This document shows, in pieces, positions 1 through 10,036 of a stretch of 64,000 nucleotides of DNA (position 1 is its first letter; each line of letters begins with the position of its first letter). The notes under the pieces were generated by a model. The model was not told where the DNA came from. It did not search any database and saw nothing but the letters and a program-made list of their open reading frames with translations. A program made the translations under genes and the position numbers. The DNA is from Myxococcota bacterium. Lineage in GTDB: Bacteria > Myxococcota_A > UBA796 > SXON01. The stretch is from contig JAZKFH010000013.1 in the NCBI GenBank assembly GCA_040386535.1, positions 192,001-256,000 of the forward strand. The letters are read 5' to 3'.

Positions 1-1061
1 TGTTGCAGATCGAGCCGACGGATCACTGCAACCTCGCCTGCCGCATGTGCGCGCCCCATGCCGAGCGCTGGGAGACCGTGCACGGCGTGCCCAAGGGGCT
101 CCTCGATCCGGCGGCCTTCCAGCGGATCCTCGACGCGCTGGTAGCCGAGGACTGTCGGTTCGATCACGTGATCCTCCAGTGGCTCGGCGACCCGTCGGTC
201 CACCCCGGCCTCGAAGACCTGGTCGCCGCCGCCGGCCGGACGCTCCGCGGGCGTGTGGACTACCTTCGCTTCGACACGAACGCGCTGCTCCTCACCCCCG
301 AGCGAATGGCGCGGCTGGTGGCGCGCCGCGCGCCGGACGTGCCGCTGCTGGTGGTGTTCACGCTCGACGCCGCGACCCCCGAGACCTACGAGCGCGTGAA
401 GGGCCGCGACGGGCTCGTGCGCGCCCGCCGCCACATCCGGGCCCTGCTCGCCGCGCGCGCCGCGATGCCGCCGCCCCACAACCTGCACGTGCAGGTCCAG
501 TTCGTGGTGCAGCCGGGAAACGCGCACGAGGCCGGCGAATTCCTCCGCTACTGGACCGACGCGCTGTCGTGCCACGGCGCGGGGCGCGGGCACGCGGAGA
601 TCCTCTTCAAGCGCCTCTCCGTCGGGGGCGGCGCCGCGGGGCAGGCCGAGGCCGACCGGCTCTACGACGAGGCGATGGCGCGGTTCGGCATCGTGCCGGT
701 CGAGGGAGACTCGCTCTCCGTGCGGGTGTGGGCCGAGCGCCCGTGGCAGCGTGACGACGCCCACGCCGGCCCCGCGGTGCGTTCGGCCTGTCCGGGCCTC
801 TGGTACACGCCGGTCGTACGGCACGACGCGCACCTGCTCATGTGTTGCGCCGATCTGCGCGGCGAGCTCGATCTGGGCTCGCTCGCCGACGCGTCGTTCC
901 GGACGTTGTGGGAGGGCGACAAAGCCACGCGGGCGCGGCTGGCCCACCTCGCCGGGCGGTTCGACGGGGTGTGCGCCGGGTGTGGCGGCATCAATTGGTA
1001 CGCGCTCAGGCCGGAAGACGCGGCCGCGGCGCGTGCCCGCGGAGCCGCCCTCGGGTTCTGA
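1..1061 (+). CDS. Radical SAM/SPASM-domain protein (5' end probably outside window)
   Basis: CxxxCxxC (CNLACRMC) near N-terminus; WLGDPSVHP; DTN motif; C-terminal SPASM-like Cys set (ACPGLW...LLMCC...LGSL...TLW...CAGC). Confidence 0.85.
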   Translation, partial: LQIEPTDHCNLACRMCAPHAERWETVHGVPKGLLDPAAFQRILDALVAEDCRFDHVILQWLGDPSVHPGLEDLVAAAGRTLRGRVDYLRFDTNALLLTPERMARLVARRAPDVPLLVVFTLDAATPETYERVKGRDGLVRARRHIRALLAARAAMPPPHNLHVQVQFVVQPGNAHEAGEFLRYWTDALSCHGAGRGHAEILFKRLSVGGGAAGQAEADRLYDEAMARFGIVPVEGDSLSVRVWAERPWQRDDAHAGPAVRSACPGLWYTPVVRHDAHLLMCCADLRGELDLGSLADASFRTLWEGDKATRARLAHLAGRFDGVCAGCGGINWYALRPEDAAAARARGAALGF

Positions 1062-1086
1062 GCGGGCCGGACGCAGCGACGGACGG

Positions 1087-2142
1087 CTACGCGACCCGAC
1101 GACGGCGGGTGGCGGCGGCGAGGGCGCCGAGGGCCAGCGCGAGGGCGCCGGTGCCGGCACTTCCCGTGGCGCTGCACGAGAAGAGGCTCTGGGTGTCGTA
1201 GTCCTCGCCCACCTCGTCGGGGCGGACGGGGTCGTCACTCAGGTCGGCGATGGGCTCGACGTCCGCGTCGGTATCCGCGTCCGTATCGGTGTCCGCGTCC
1301 GTGTCGGAGTCCGTGTCCGCGTCGGTGTCGGAGTCCGTATCGGTATCGGTATCGGTGTCCGTGTCGGTATCGGTGTCCGTGTCGGCGTCCCCATACAGCT
1401 CGGCGTACGTGTAGACGGGCGTGTAGTCCTCGATCCACGAGATGTAGGAGTCGACGCGCGCCGTGGCGACGCCGTTGTTGTTGCAGTCCGCGGCGTCGCC
1501 GTACGCGAAGTTGATCACCGCCGTGACCTCGTAGCCGCCGTCCGCCTGGAACTCGAGCATGGGGCCGCCGGAGTCCCCGTGGCAGGCGTTCTGGGCCTCA
1601 GCGTCGCCGTAGTACATCGCGAGGAGGGAGTCGTAGTCGTAGAGCGGGAGGTCGGCGTAGCGCTTCTTCGACACCACGCTCGTGTCGTTGTCGGAGGTGA
1701 TGCCGAAGCCGACGACGCGGTGGTCGTCGCCGATGTCGCGGCTGGTGTACGCATCCTTGTTGACGGCCATGAGATCGACGTCGCGGAAGCTCCGTTCGAG
1801 GTGGAGCATCGCGATGTCGTAGTAGCCGGACCCGTCGTACCGCGGGTGGGCGTACCACTCGTCGGCCTCGACCTCCTGCTCCAGGTGGTTGGAGTCGGGC
1901 CCCACGTAGACCAGCATCTGGTCGACGTCCTGGACGCAGTGCGCCGCGGTCAGCACCCACTCGTCCGCGACGAGGGAGCCGGTGCACACGCCGCCGTAGC
2001 CGTCGCTCGTGAGGGCGTAGATCAGCACGACCTCCTCGTAGTCGGACGTCAGGTCCCCGTTGACGACGGGCGGGGCTTCCTGGGCGAGGGCAGGCGCCGC
2101 GAGGAAGGCCGAGGCGAGGAAGGCCGGGGCGAGGAGGAGCAT
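1087..2142 (-). CDS. Secreted trypsin-like (S1) serine protease with DT-repeat linker and MYXO-CTERM-like C-terminal anchor
   Basis: Signal peptide MLLLAPAFLASAFLAAPALA; mature VVNG; LTAAHC, YDIAML, CHGDSGGP catalytic motifs; tail FSCSATGSAGTGALALALGALAAATRRRR. Start reassigned to ATG 2142 within the long ORF. Confidence 0.9.
   Translation of the reverse strand: MLLLAPAFLASAFLAAPALAQEAPPVVNGDLTSDYEEVVLIYALTSDGYGGVCTGSLVADEWVLTAAHCVQDVDQMLVYVGPDSNHLEQEVEADEWYAHPRYDGSGYYDIAMLHLERSFRDVDLMAVNKDAYTSRDIGDDHRVVGFGITSDNDTSVVSKKRYADLPLYDYDSLLAMYYGDAEAQNACHGDSGGPMLEFQADGGYEVTAVINFAYGDAADCNNNGVATARVDSYISWIEDYTPVYTYAELYGDADTDTDTDTDTDTDTDTDSDTDADTDSDTDADTDTDADTDADVEPIADLSDDPVRPDEVGEDYDTQSLFSCSATGSAGTGALALALGALAAATRRRRVA
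1262..1390 (-). repeat. Coding hexamer microrepeat encoding (DT/DA/DS)n linker
   Basis: Tandem GTGTCC/GTATCG/GTGTCG units giving DADTDTDTDTDTDTDTDTDSDTDAD... Confidence 0.9.
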
Positions 2143-2174
2143 GGGCGCCACCCTGACACGCCGCGGACCTTCCG

Positions 2175-3560
2175 TCAGCCCCGATTTGGTCGCAAGAATG
2201 TGAAGGCGCGTCCCAAGCGGTCGCGCTCCTGCCGCAATTGGCCCAGCTCGAGGTCCTTCTTCTCCAGATCGGCCTTGGTGATGGCGAGCTCTCGGCGAAG
2301 GAACTCGGCTTCGCCGGACTCGGCCGAGAGGCGGGTGCCGAGCACCGCCACGGTCTCGCGACGAAACCCCGCGACGTCCACCATCGCGGCGGAGAGGGCC
2401 TCGACGGAGGAGGTGAGCGCGCGAAGCTGTCCGTGGAGGGTGTCGACCTCGTCGCGCTTGCGGAGCAGCTCGGCCTCCGCGTTCTCGCGCGCCAACCGCT
2501 CGCGCGACGTGCGCGCCTCCGCTCCCGAGAGCCGCGCGCCGCGCCCGAGGAAGCTCCACGGCCGCGCCCGGCGGCGGGGGGTCCAGTCGAGGAGCGCCGC
2601 TTCGGTGAGGGCGGGGGCGTAGCGGGCCGCCAAGTTCGCCGACGAGCGGGGCGTCGTAAGCGCGGCCTCGATCGCGTCCTCCAGCGGCTCGTCCACCCAC
2701 CCGGCGCGCGCCTCGCGCACGGCGTCCGCGAGCGGGGTGTCGGGGTCGGTGATCAACGGCAGCCCCGCGCCGAGGTAGTCCATCTGGCGAAAGCTCTGCG
2801 CGAGCGCACGTTCGGTGTTGGGCGCGTAGCGGTCGAGCGCGACGGTGGCGTTCGCGAGGAGCTGGAGCCAGCCATCGAGCGTGGTGTGCGGCGCGGCCTG
2901 GACCCCCGGGACCGCGGGAAGGCCGACGGACACGATGTCTGCGCGCCCCCCGACCACCGCCACGGCGCGCCGCAGCGTGTCGGTCGCGTCCTGCCACGGC
3001 CAGCTTTTTCCGCCGACCACGAACACCGGCGGGCCGTCGACATCGGCGGTACGCGCGGGCCCGGGGAGGGCGGCGAGGGGGACGAGGAGGCCCGCGGGCT
3101 CGGCCAGATCCCATCCGCCGACGCCGAGCAGACCGGTCCAGAGCCAACGTTGGCGCGGGTTGGAGAACAGGACCTCGTCGGCCGCCTCGATCGCGGCGAG
3201 CGCGCGCCCCGCCTCCTCGCGTTGGAGCCCCTCGAACGCGGCCTCGAGCACGCGGGGGGCGTACAGATCCACGACCAGCGGCGCCACGGGCGCGAGGGCG
3301 GGGGCCTCCTCGGGCGCGACACAGAGGATCCAGTCGGGCGCCGCCGCCGCCGCGAGCCGCGCGAGGTCGCCGGGTGAGCGGAAGCCCGGGAGCGCGCCGG
3401 GGGGGAGGGGAGCTACGTCGTCTTGCGCCCGCGCCAGGGTGAGCACGTCGTGCCCGGCGTTCCGGAGCGCGTCGACATGGACCGCGGCGCGTCGGGCCCC
3501 GCCGGTGACGGGGGCGCCGGGGCGCGGGAGCGGGCCATGATGGACGACGAGGACGCGCAT
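2175..3560 (-). CDS. GT-B (GT4-like) glycosyltransferase with C-terminal coiled coil
   Basis: MRVLVV...GGARRA...ALRNAGHDV N-terminus; MDYLGAGLPLI acceptor-type motif; heptad-rich E/R/L tail. Confidence 0.75.
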   Translation of the reverse strand: MRVLVVHHGPLPRPGAPVTGGARRAAVHVDALRNAGHDVLTLARAQDDVAPLPPGALPGFRSPGDLARLAAAAAPDWILCVAPEEAPALAPVAPLVVDLYAPRVLEAAFEGLQREEAGRALAAIEAADEVLFSNPRQRWLWTGLLGVGGWDLAEPAGLLVPLAALPGPARTADVDGPPVFVVGGKSWPWQDATDTLRRAVAVVGGRADIVSVGLPAVPGVQAAPHTTLDGWLQLLANATVALDRYAPNTERALAQSFRQMDYLGAGLPLITDPDTPLADAVREARAGWVDEPLEDAIEAALTTPRSSANLAARYAPALTEAALLDWTPRRRARPWSFLGRGARLSGAEARTSRERLARENAEAELLRKRDEVDTLHGQLRALTSSVEALSAAMVDVAGFRRETVAVLGTRLSAESGEAEFLRRELAITKADLEKKDLELGQLRQERDRLGRAFTFLRPNRG

Positions 3561-3566
3561 CGGGCG

Positions 3567-3572
3567 AGTCTA
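3567..3572 (-). promoter_or_regulatory. -10 element TAGACT 6 nt upstream of ATG 3560 (leaderless-type)
   Basis: TAGACT-cgcccg-ATG, no Shine-Dalgarno. Confidence 0.55.
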
Positions 3573-3680
3573 TTCCATCGGCTCCGCCTCCTCGACCGCC
3601 GGCTACCCGCCAAGAGAGGGGCGGTGAGTTAGCCACGGGGCCGCCGCCCTTGCTACGCTGCTGGGCGTTCGGAGTCGCGC

Positions 3681-4697
3681 GTGGCAAGGTCCGTTTTCCG
3701 TCGAGTCGTGTTCGCGACGCTGCTGGGTGCCATGAGCCTCGCCGCGTTCGAGGGGATCGCCCGCGTGTTGCCCGCGAGCGCCACCGCGGACCGGGGCACG
3801 GTGGTGCGCGAGATCACTGGCGACGACTCGTTCGTCTCCGACGGCGAGGTGCCCGGCTGGGACATCGATCCGGGGGGCGGCGACAACTGGGGCACGCGCT
3901 ACACCGTGAACCGCTGGCGGATGCGCGGGCCCGACTATTCCGAGACGAAGGGCGAGGGCGTCAAGCGGGTCATCTTCGTGGGGGACTCGTCGGTCTTCGG
4001 CGTCCTGCTCGACTGGCCCGACACCTTCTCCGCGCGGTTCGAGCGCCTGCGCGACACGGCCACGCCGGGCACCGACTGGCAGGTGGCCAACTGCGCGTGC
4101 CCCGGCCACAGCACGGAGCAGTCCCGTCGCAAGTTGGAGCGCCAATGTCTCGCCTTCCAGCCGGACTACGTCGTGATCGCGAACCAATTCAGCGACGCCA
4201 CGCGGGAGTCCGCCGCGGACATCGAGCGGTTCGGCCTCACGCGTGAGATCGCGCTGACCCGCGCCGCGGAACACTTCGCCGGGTACCGCCTGCTGCGGAA
4301 CACGTGGCTGCGCGCGAGGGGCGCGGACGCCGTGGTGCCGCACGAGATCCCACAGATGGGGATCGTCCAGAACGGAAAATTCCGGCGCGTGCCGCCCGAG
4401 GACTACGAGGCCAACCTGCGGCGGATGGTCGCGATCGTGCGGGAGTCGGGCGCCACGCCCGTGTTCCTCCTGCTCGCCTCGCGAGACGACCTCCAGGAGG
4501 GCGTGCCCAGCTCGTCGCAGGACTATCGGGACGCGATGCGCCTGGTCGCCGAGCAGGAGGGGGTGCCCCTCGCGGACGCGGCCAAGCAGTTCGCCAAGCT
4601 GCCGCGGGTGGACGGGCTGTTCGAGGACCAGGTGCACCCCGGCCCCGTCGGCGCCGGGTTCGTCGCGCTCCTGCTCAACGAGACGGTGCCGCGTTGA
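3681..4697 (+). CDS. SGNH/GDSL hydrolase family protein, N-terminal membrane anchor
   Basis: GDSSVFG block I, DQVHP block V; N-terminal TM helix; GGAG SD. Confidence 0.85.
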   Translation: MARSVFRRVVFATLLGAMSLAAFEGIARVLPASATADRGTVVREITGDDSFVSDGEVPGWDIDPGGGDNWGTRYTVNRWRMRGPDYSETKGEGVKRVIFVGDSSVFGVLLDWPDTFSARFERLRDTATPGTDWQVANCACPGHSTEQSRRKLERQCLAFQPDYVVIANQFSDATRESAADIERFGLTREIALTRAAEHFAGYRLLRNTWLRARGADAVVPHEIPQMGIVQNGKFRRVPPEDYEANLRRMVAIVRESGATPVFLLLASRDDLQEGVPSSSQDYRDAMRLVAEQEGVPLADAAKQFAKLPRVDGLFEDQVHPGPVGAGFVALLLNETVPR

Positions 4698-6559
4698 ACG
4701 GCGGGGGGCTCGGGCCCCGGCAGCTGCTCGCGCGTATCGATCACCTCCCCACGCTGCTCGCGGCGCTGCTCTGCCTGCACGGGCTGTGGCGCTGGCCCCT
4801 CTGGGAGGACGAGCTGTTCACCTGGGGCGTCGCGACCGATCTCCCGCTGAACCGCGTGTTCGAGCTGGCCGCGAAGGACCGCCACCCCCCCCTCTACTTC
4901 CTCCTCACCGCGCTCATCGCGCGGATCGGCAACAGCGACGCGATGTTGCGTCTGCCGTCGGCCGTGGCCGCGATCGGCGCGGTGGCGCTGGTGGTGCACG
5001 TCGGCCGTCGCCACCTCGGCGTCGGCGCGGTCGCCGCGTGGATGCTGCCGCTCCTGCCGTTCGTCCTGGTCTACGGCAGCATGGCGCGCTCGTACGCACT
5101 TCTGCTCGTCCTGGGCGCTGGGCTGCTGGCGGCCTCGTTCCTCACGGTGCGGCGGGCCGCCGTCGCGGTGGCGGTGCTCGGCGTGCTCGGCGTCCACACC
5201 CACTACGCGATGGCGCTCCCGATCGCGGCCGCGGTGGTCGTGGTCGCCCTCCGCGGGTGGGCCGAGGCCCGCCCCGGCGAGCGCATGAGGGGCGTGCTCC
5301 CGGCGGTGGGGGCGGTCGTCGCGATGGGCGTGTGTTTCATCCCGTGGGGGATGGTCGCCGCCGGCCAGGCCGCGCGGGAGTCCACCCAAGGCGTGCGCTA
5401 CAGCGTGCTCGCCTGGGCCCTCTGGCCCATCGCCCGCTTCGTGCCGCACGTCGCCTGGCCCATGCTCGCGCTCGCGCTCCTCGGCGTCGGGTGGGTCGTG
5501 AAGGGCATCTCCGGGCCCTCCGCGGCGGGGCCATCCCTCCGCCTCGTGCTCCTCCCGTGGATCCTCGCCGCCGCCGTGCTCCCGCTGTACGCGAGCACCC
5601 GTGGGGCCACCGCGACGAAGCTCTACGTGTTCGCCCCGCTCCTGCCGCTCTTCGTGCTCCTGGCCGCCGTGGCGCTCACGCGCCTCACCGCGGGCCTCGC
5701 CGCCCGCCTCCCCGCGGGCGCCGCGCCCTTCCGCGATCTGATCGTGGCCGCCCCGTTGCTGCTCTTCGTGCTCCCCGACACCGTCACCGTCCTGGCCCTC
5801 CCCGCCGTGCCGCTCGAGCTCGGCCTGGTGATGAGCGGCAGCCGGGACGTTCGTCGGGACGCCGAGCTGTTCAACTCCGTCGATCCCACACTTTTTGACC
5901 GCGCGATCGACGACCGGACGTGGACCCCGTACAGCCGCTACCTGCCCCGTCCGCTCCCGGGCACGCAGAAGATGCGCGCGTGGTACGGGTGGCGACGCAC
6001 CGAGGGCGCCGAGGCGCAGGCCATCTCCGAAGGGGTGCAGGATCGTGGCTGCTTCTTCCGGCGCTCCTTCCTGAGCCTCGTCTACGTCACCGACCCCATG
6101 TGGTGCATGGCGCTGCGGGAAGGCATCACGACGGTCGCGCAGGAGGACGGGTACGGTCCGTTCCTCTTGCAAGCGGCCGAGTTCGCGCGGGAGCGGGGTG
6201 ACACCGCGGCCGCGGAGGGGCTCGCCCGCAAGGCGGTCGGCCGCATGGGCCCGTCCGGGGAGCCGTCGTTGTTCCTGGCGCGGCGCCAGCTCGAGCGGGG
6301 CGACGCGGACGCCGCGCTCGCGACCGTGGAGCGCGGGATGTCCCTCTCGAAGCGGTGGGGCGACGAGGCGCGCGTGGCGCAGCTCTACGAGCTCGCGGGC
6401 GTGGCGAGCGAGCAGAAGGGGGACGCCGATGGGGTTGCGACGGCGAAGGCCGGCGTGACGTGCGCGCGGGCCGAGCAGGTGCCCCTGACCCTGTGCGGCA
6501 CCTGGGCCGAATCCCTTTGGCCCGTCGCCGAGGTCACTCCCCGGCGCGGGGGGCGGTGA
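4694..6559 (+). CDS. GT-C (PMT/ArnT-like) polytopic glycosyltransferase with helical TPR-like C-terminus
   Basis: LWEDE and DRHPPLYF motifs, ARSY motif, many TM segments; TTG start overlaps upstream TGA (TTGA). Confidence 0.75.
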   Translation: MNGGGLGPRQLLARIDHLPTLLAALLCLHGLWRWPLWEDELFTWGVATDLPLNRVFELAAKDRHPPLYFLLTALIARIGNSDAMLRLPSAVAAIGAVALVVHVGRRHLGVGAVAAWMLPLLPFVLVYGSMARSYALLLVLGAGLLAASFLTVRRAAVAVAVLGVLGVHTHYAMALPIAAAVVVVALRGWAEARPGERMRGVLPAVGAVVAMGVCFIPWGMVAAGQAARESTQGVRYSVLAWALWPIARFVPHVAWPMLALALLGVGWVVKGISGPSAAGPSLRLVLLPWILAAAVLPLYASTRGATATKLYVFAPLLPLFVLLAAVALTRLTAGLAARLPAGAAPFRDLIVAAPLLLFVLPDTVTVLALPAVPLELGLVMSGSRDVRRDAELFNSVDPTLFDRAIDDRTWTPYSRYLPRPLPGTQKMRAWYGWRRTEGAEAQAISEGVQDRGCFFRRSFLSLVYVTDPMWCMALREGITTVAQEDGYGPFLLQAAEFARERGDTAAAEGLARKAVGRMGPSGEPSLFLARRQLERGDADAALATVERGMSLSKRWGDEARVAQLYELAGVASEQKGDADGVATAKAGVTCARAEQVPLTLCGTWAESLWPVAEVTPRRGGR

Positions 6560-8228
6560 GGTCCCACACGACGACCTCGGCGTCGTCCACACGCGGGGAT
6601 CCGAGCATCTGGCGGAGCCGACGGACCGCTCCCCGTGCGCGGGGCCCGTCCGCGGCGCCGAGGGCCGCCCGGCGCAGCACGACCCAGCGGTAGCCCAGGG
6701 CGACGAACGCGGCCTGGTCGGTGTCCGTGTAGGGGGCGTCGGCGCGCGGGTCGATCGGCCCGAGGATCAGCGCGGCGAGGAACGTGTTGTCGCGCTGGAG
6801 CGCGCGGAGCGCGGCAGGCACGAAGGCGGCGGTGCGCTCGTACATCCCGTTGAGGAGCGGCGTGCCGGTCTCGGCCTGGTACAGCAGCGGCACCTGGTCG
6901 TAGCCCCAGGGCAGGACCACCGCCGCGCCCACGGGGGCTTCGGTGAGCACCGCGACGCCGTCGGGGACCTCGGGGCGCCAGGTGCCGAGCGGGAGCAGCC
7001 CACGCCCCACCGCGTCGAGGGCGAGGCCCGCGACCAGGATCGTGGCGAAGAAGCCGGCCCGGCGGGGCGACGCGGCCCAGGGCCGGCGACCGAGGGCCGA
7101 GAGGCCGACGACGGCGACCGGCACGAGCAGCGCCAGCGCGCGGACGGGCCACCACAGCCGGGCGAGCGGCGGACAGATCATCGCGAGGCTGATGTACACG
7201 GGGTTGGGGACGCCGGCGACGGTCGGGCCCAGGGCGACCACGAGCGCCAGCACCGCGACGAGGCGCCACCGCGCGGGCGCGGCCAGGGCGAGCCCGAGCA
7301 CCACGAGGCCGAGCACGGGGCCGTCGGGTGCGAAGCCGGCGCGGCCGAGGAGGCCGGCCTCGCCGAGGCCGCCGAGCACGGTCAACCGCACCGGATCGCC
7401 CTCGCGGGTGACCACCACGCCGTCGGTCCACCACCGCGCCACGTCGAGGAGGCCCGGCGCCTCTCCCCGCGTCGCGGCCAGCGCGAGGGGGCCCGCCACG
7501 GGCGCGGCCAGCGCGGCAGCGACGCCGAGCAGCACCAGGAGGCGGCCGAGCACGGCACGGGGCGCCCCTCCCGTGCGGGCGGCGTGCACGAGGGCGATTG
7601 TCCCGAGCACACCGATCGCCAACGCGCCGAACAGGCCCGAGAACCAGTAGAACCACCCCTGCAGCCCGAGCAGCGCCCCCGCCGCCACCAGCCGCCCCGC
7701 ACCTCCCCGTCGGAGCCCGGCGTCCCCGAGGACGAGCGCGCCGATCAGCGGCGCCAGGATCGCCTGGGTGGGGCGCCCCTGGCCGAGCTCGTGCAGGACC
7801 ACCGGGTGGAAAGCGCCCAGCGCCGCGCCCACGGCGCCCATCCACGCGCCGCCCCGCCGCGCGACGAGGCCCGCGGCGAGCGCGTTGGTGGCCACGATGG
7901 CGGCCACGAGCGTGTTCCAGGCGACGACCGGGCCGAGCGCGGCCCGCAGTGGGGCCACGAGCAGCGCGTCGAGAAGGTTGGCGCCGGTGTGCGCGAGCAC
8001 GTCCTTCCCGAAGGGGAAGAACAGGCGGTCCGTGGACAGCAGCGACGCGTCGGTGGTGACGGCGTCCGCCACCCACCACTGGAACCACCAGGTGCCGATG
8101 GCATCGACGGTCCCGTGGCCCACCGGGGCGCCGGCGAACACCCCTTCGGCGACGACGATCGCCGCCGCGGCGACCGCCACGGCGACGACTGGCCAGGCGC
8201 CGCCCCGAGACGCGTCGGGAGCGCTCAT
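6534..8228 (-). CDS. GT-C-like polytopic membrane protein (paralogue family A)
   Basis: WW..WW, LFFPFG, AWN, ALGP, LLYQ..TGTP motifs; ATGA-coupled to upstream gene. Confidence 0.7.
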   Translation of the reverse strand: MSAPDASRGGAWPVVAVAVAAAAIVVAEGVFAGAPVGHGTVDAIGTWWFQWWVADAVTTDASLLSTDRLFFPFGKDVLAHTGANLLDALLVAPLRAALGPVVAWNTLVAAIVATNALAAGLVARRGGAWMGAVGAALGAFHPVVLHELGQGRPTQAILAPLIGALVLGDAGLRRGGAGRLVAAGALLGLQGWFYWFSGLFGALAIGVLGTIALVHAARTGGAPRAVLGRLLVLLGVAAALAAPVAGPLALAATRGEAPGLLDVARWWTDGVVVTREGDPVRLTVLGGLGEAGLLGRAGFAPDGPVLGLVVLGLALAAPARWRLVAVLALVVALGPTVAGVPNPVYISLAMICPPLARLWWPVRALALLVPVAVVGLSALGRRPWAASPRRAGFFATILVAGLALDAVGRGLLPLGTWRPEVPDGVAVLTEAPVGAAVVLPWGYDQVPLLYQAETGTPLLNGMYERTAAFVPAALRALQRDNTFLAALILGPIDPRADAPYTDTDQAAFVALGYRWVVLRRAALGAADGPRARGAVRRLRQMLGSPRVDDAEVVVWDLTAPRAGE

Positions 8229-10036
8229 CCGGGCGCGAACGCGCCGATGTCGTAGATGGTCGAGCCGTCCTCGAAGCGCTCGACGATCGGGAGGCGTGCG
8301 TCCAGCCACACGAAGACGCCTTCACGACGCTCGGGCGCGATCAGGCTGGCGTGGACGGAGAGGTAGGCGAACCCGTCCGCCGCCGCCTCGGCGACGCCGG
8401 TGAAGACGGCGTCGTTCGAGCCCTCGTCCCACGCGCCGGAGTCGTACGCGCGGCCGTAGGTCCGCTTCTCCAGGGACGCGTAGAACGCGTTGGCCTCCAT
8501 CGCGGTCGGCAGGTACCCGCTCGGCGCGAAGTCGTAGGGGATGGGCCGCCCGTGCACGGACTGCCAGTAGAAGTACCGCGACACCTCGGAGCGGCTGTCC
8601 GCGTACCGCTGGGGCCAGTCCAGCACCGCACCGGCGCGTGGGAGGGCGACCAGGGCGCGCGCCTCGTCGGGGATGGTCGCGTCGGCCGTGGGGAGGGGCA
8701 GGGAGACGGGCCCCACCGTCGCGAGCTCGGCGATGACCAGGCCCGCCGCCACGGCGCCGAGCGGGAGCCGCACCCCCCAGCGGGCGCGCGCCGCCGCGAT
8801 CAGGCGGTCGACCCCGAGGCCGGCGAGGATGCCGAGGGAGAGGTAGGCGAACAGCGCAAACCGCACGTACGACGTGATCATCCGGACCGGCGGGAGCAGG
8901 TCGCGCAGCAGGCCCCACCAGGGGGCGGCGGTCAGCCGGTAGCTCGTGGTCGAGAGGAACACGAACGGGCCCAGCGACAGGACCGCGCACACCACGGCCA
9001 ACACCCCCCAGCGGCGCGTGCCGGGGCCCCAGCCGATCCAGCCGAGGAGCAGGGCCACCCAGCCCGCGTAGACGCTCTGCCGCAGCACGTCGAGATCGAC
9101 GTGCTTCACCAGGGCCGCGCTGCCGGGCATGAGGTAGCCCACGAGCGTGGCGTAGTCGTGGGCGAGCGACGCCATGACGGTGGCGTCGAGCAGCTCCTGC
9201 TTGCGGTCCGCATAGCCGGCGAGCAGGCCCGTGCCGGCGTCGTAGGTGCCGAGGAGCGCCAGCGCCGGTGGGAGGAAGAGCGCGCCGGCGAACACGGCGC
9301 CCAAGACGACGAACGACCCGCGACGGAGGTGCGTCACGTCGGCCATCGGCGGGGGGCGCAGCAGCGCGGCGGCGGGCAGGACCGCGGCGAGCACGAAGAG
9401 GGGTGCGAGCACGGCCATCATGACCGACCAGTACAGGCACGAGAGCGCCATGACCGCCCAGGCCACGCCGGCCGTCAGCGCGGAGCCGAAGCTCGGCTTC
9501 CGCACCAGCCGGATGGCAGCCACGAGGAACAGGGCACACCAGCCGCCGGTCGTCGTCTCCACCACGGCGCTCGACACGCCGTAGGAGAGCACGAACGAGT
9601 TGAACCCGAAGATGGTCCCGGCGACCAGCGCGCCGCCGTAGCCGAGGCCGACCGCCCGCGCCAACGCCCAGGCGCCGACCGCCGCGAGCACGAGATGCCC
9701 GAGCACCAGCAGGTTGAACGCCGGTACGATCCCGAGGGTGAGCTGGAGCGGGATGGCGAGCGCGTCGTGAACGGGGGCAATGCTCGAGAACGAGCCCCCG
9801 CGGGGGAAGGCGATCTCCGGCGCGTCGAGCGGCCAGGCGCCGTCCCGCGTCAGGCGTTGGAGGGTCCAGACGTGTGCCCAGACCGTGCGCCAGGGGCCGG
9901 AGCGGTCGTCCCCGATGACGACGCTCCCAAGGTTCTGCACGGCGGGCCAGGTCACGCCCGCGGCCAGCGCCACGAACCACGCGAGCGCGGCCACCGGCGG
10001 GCCCCAGCGGCGCGGGCTGAACGGCCCTTCGCTCAC
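8225..10036 (-). CDS. GT-C-like polytopic membrane protein (paralogue family A)
   Basis: TWP..VIGD, AFPRGG, AFN, SLGP, FYWQSVHGRP motifs; GTGA-coupled. Confidence 0.75.
   Translation of the reverse strand: MSEGPFSPRRWGPPVAALAWFVALAAGVTWPAVQNLGSVVIGDDRSGPWRTVWAHVWTLQRLTRDGAWPLDAPEIAFPRGGSFSSIAPVHDALAIPLQLTLGIVPAFNLLVLGHLVLAAVGAWALARAVGLGYGGALVAGTIFGFNSFVLSYGVSSAVVETTTGGWCALFLVAAIRLVRKPSFGSALTAGVAWAVMALSCLYWSVMMAVLAPLFVLAAVLPAAALLRPPPMADVTHLRRGSFVVLGAVFAGALFLPPALALLGTYDAGTGLLAGYADRKQELLDATVMASLAHDYATLVGYLMPGSAALVKHVDLDVLRQSVYAGWVALLLGWIGWGPGTRRWGVLAVVCAVLSLGPFVFLSTTSYRLTAAPWWGLLRDLLPPVRMITSYVRFALFAYLSLGILAGLGVDRLIAAARARWGVRLPLGAVAAGLVIAELATVGPVSLPLPTADATIPDEARALVALPRAGAVLDWPQRYADSRSEVSRYFYWQSVHGRPIPYDFAPSGYLPTAMEANAFYASLEKRTYGRAYDSGAWDEGSNDAVFTGVAEAAADGFAYLSVHASLIAPERREGVFVWLDARLPIVERFEDGSTIYDIGAFAPG

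Noticed and set aside
1087..3687. 866-aa ORF as a single protein
   Set aside because: N-terminal 500 aa is an off-frame read of the GT gene; the real protease begins at ATG 2142
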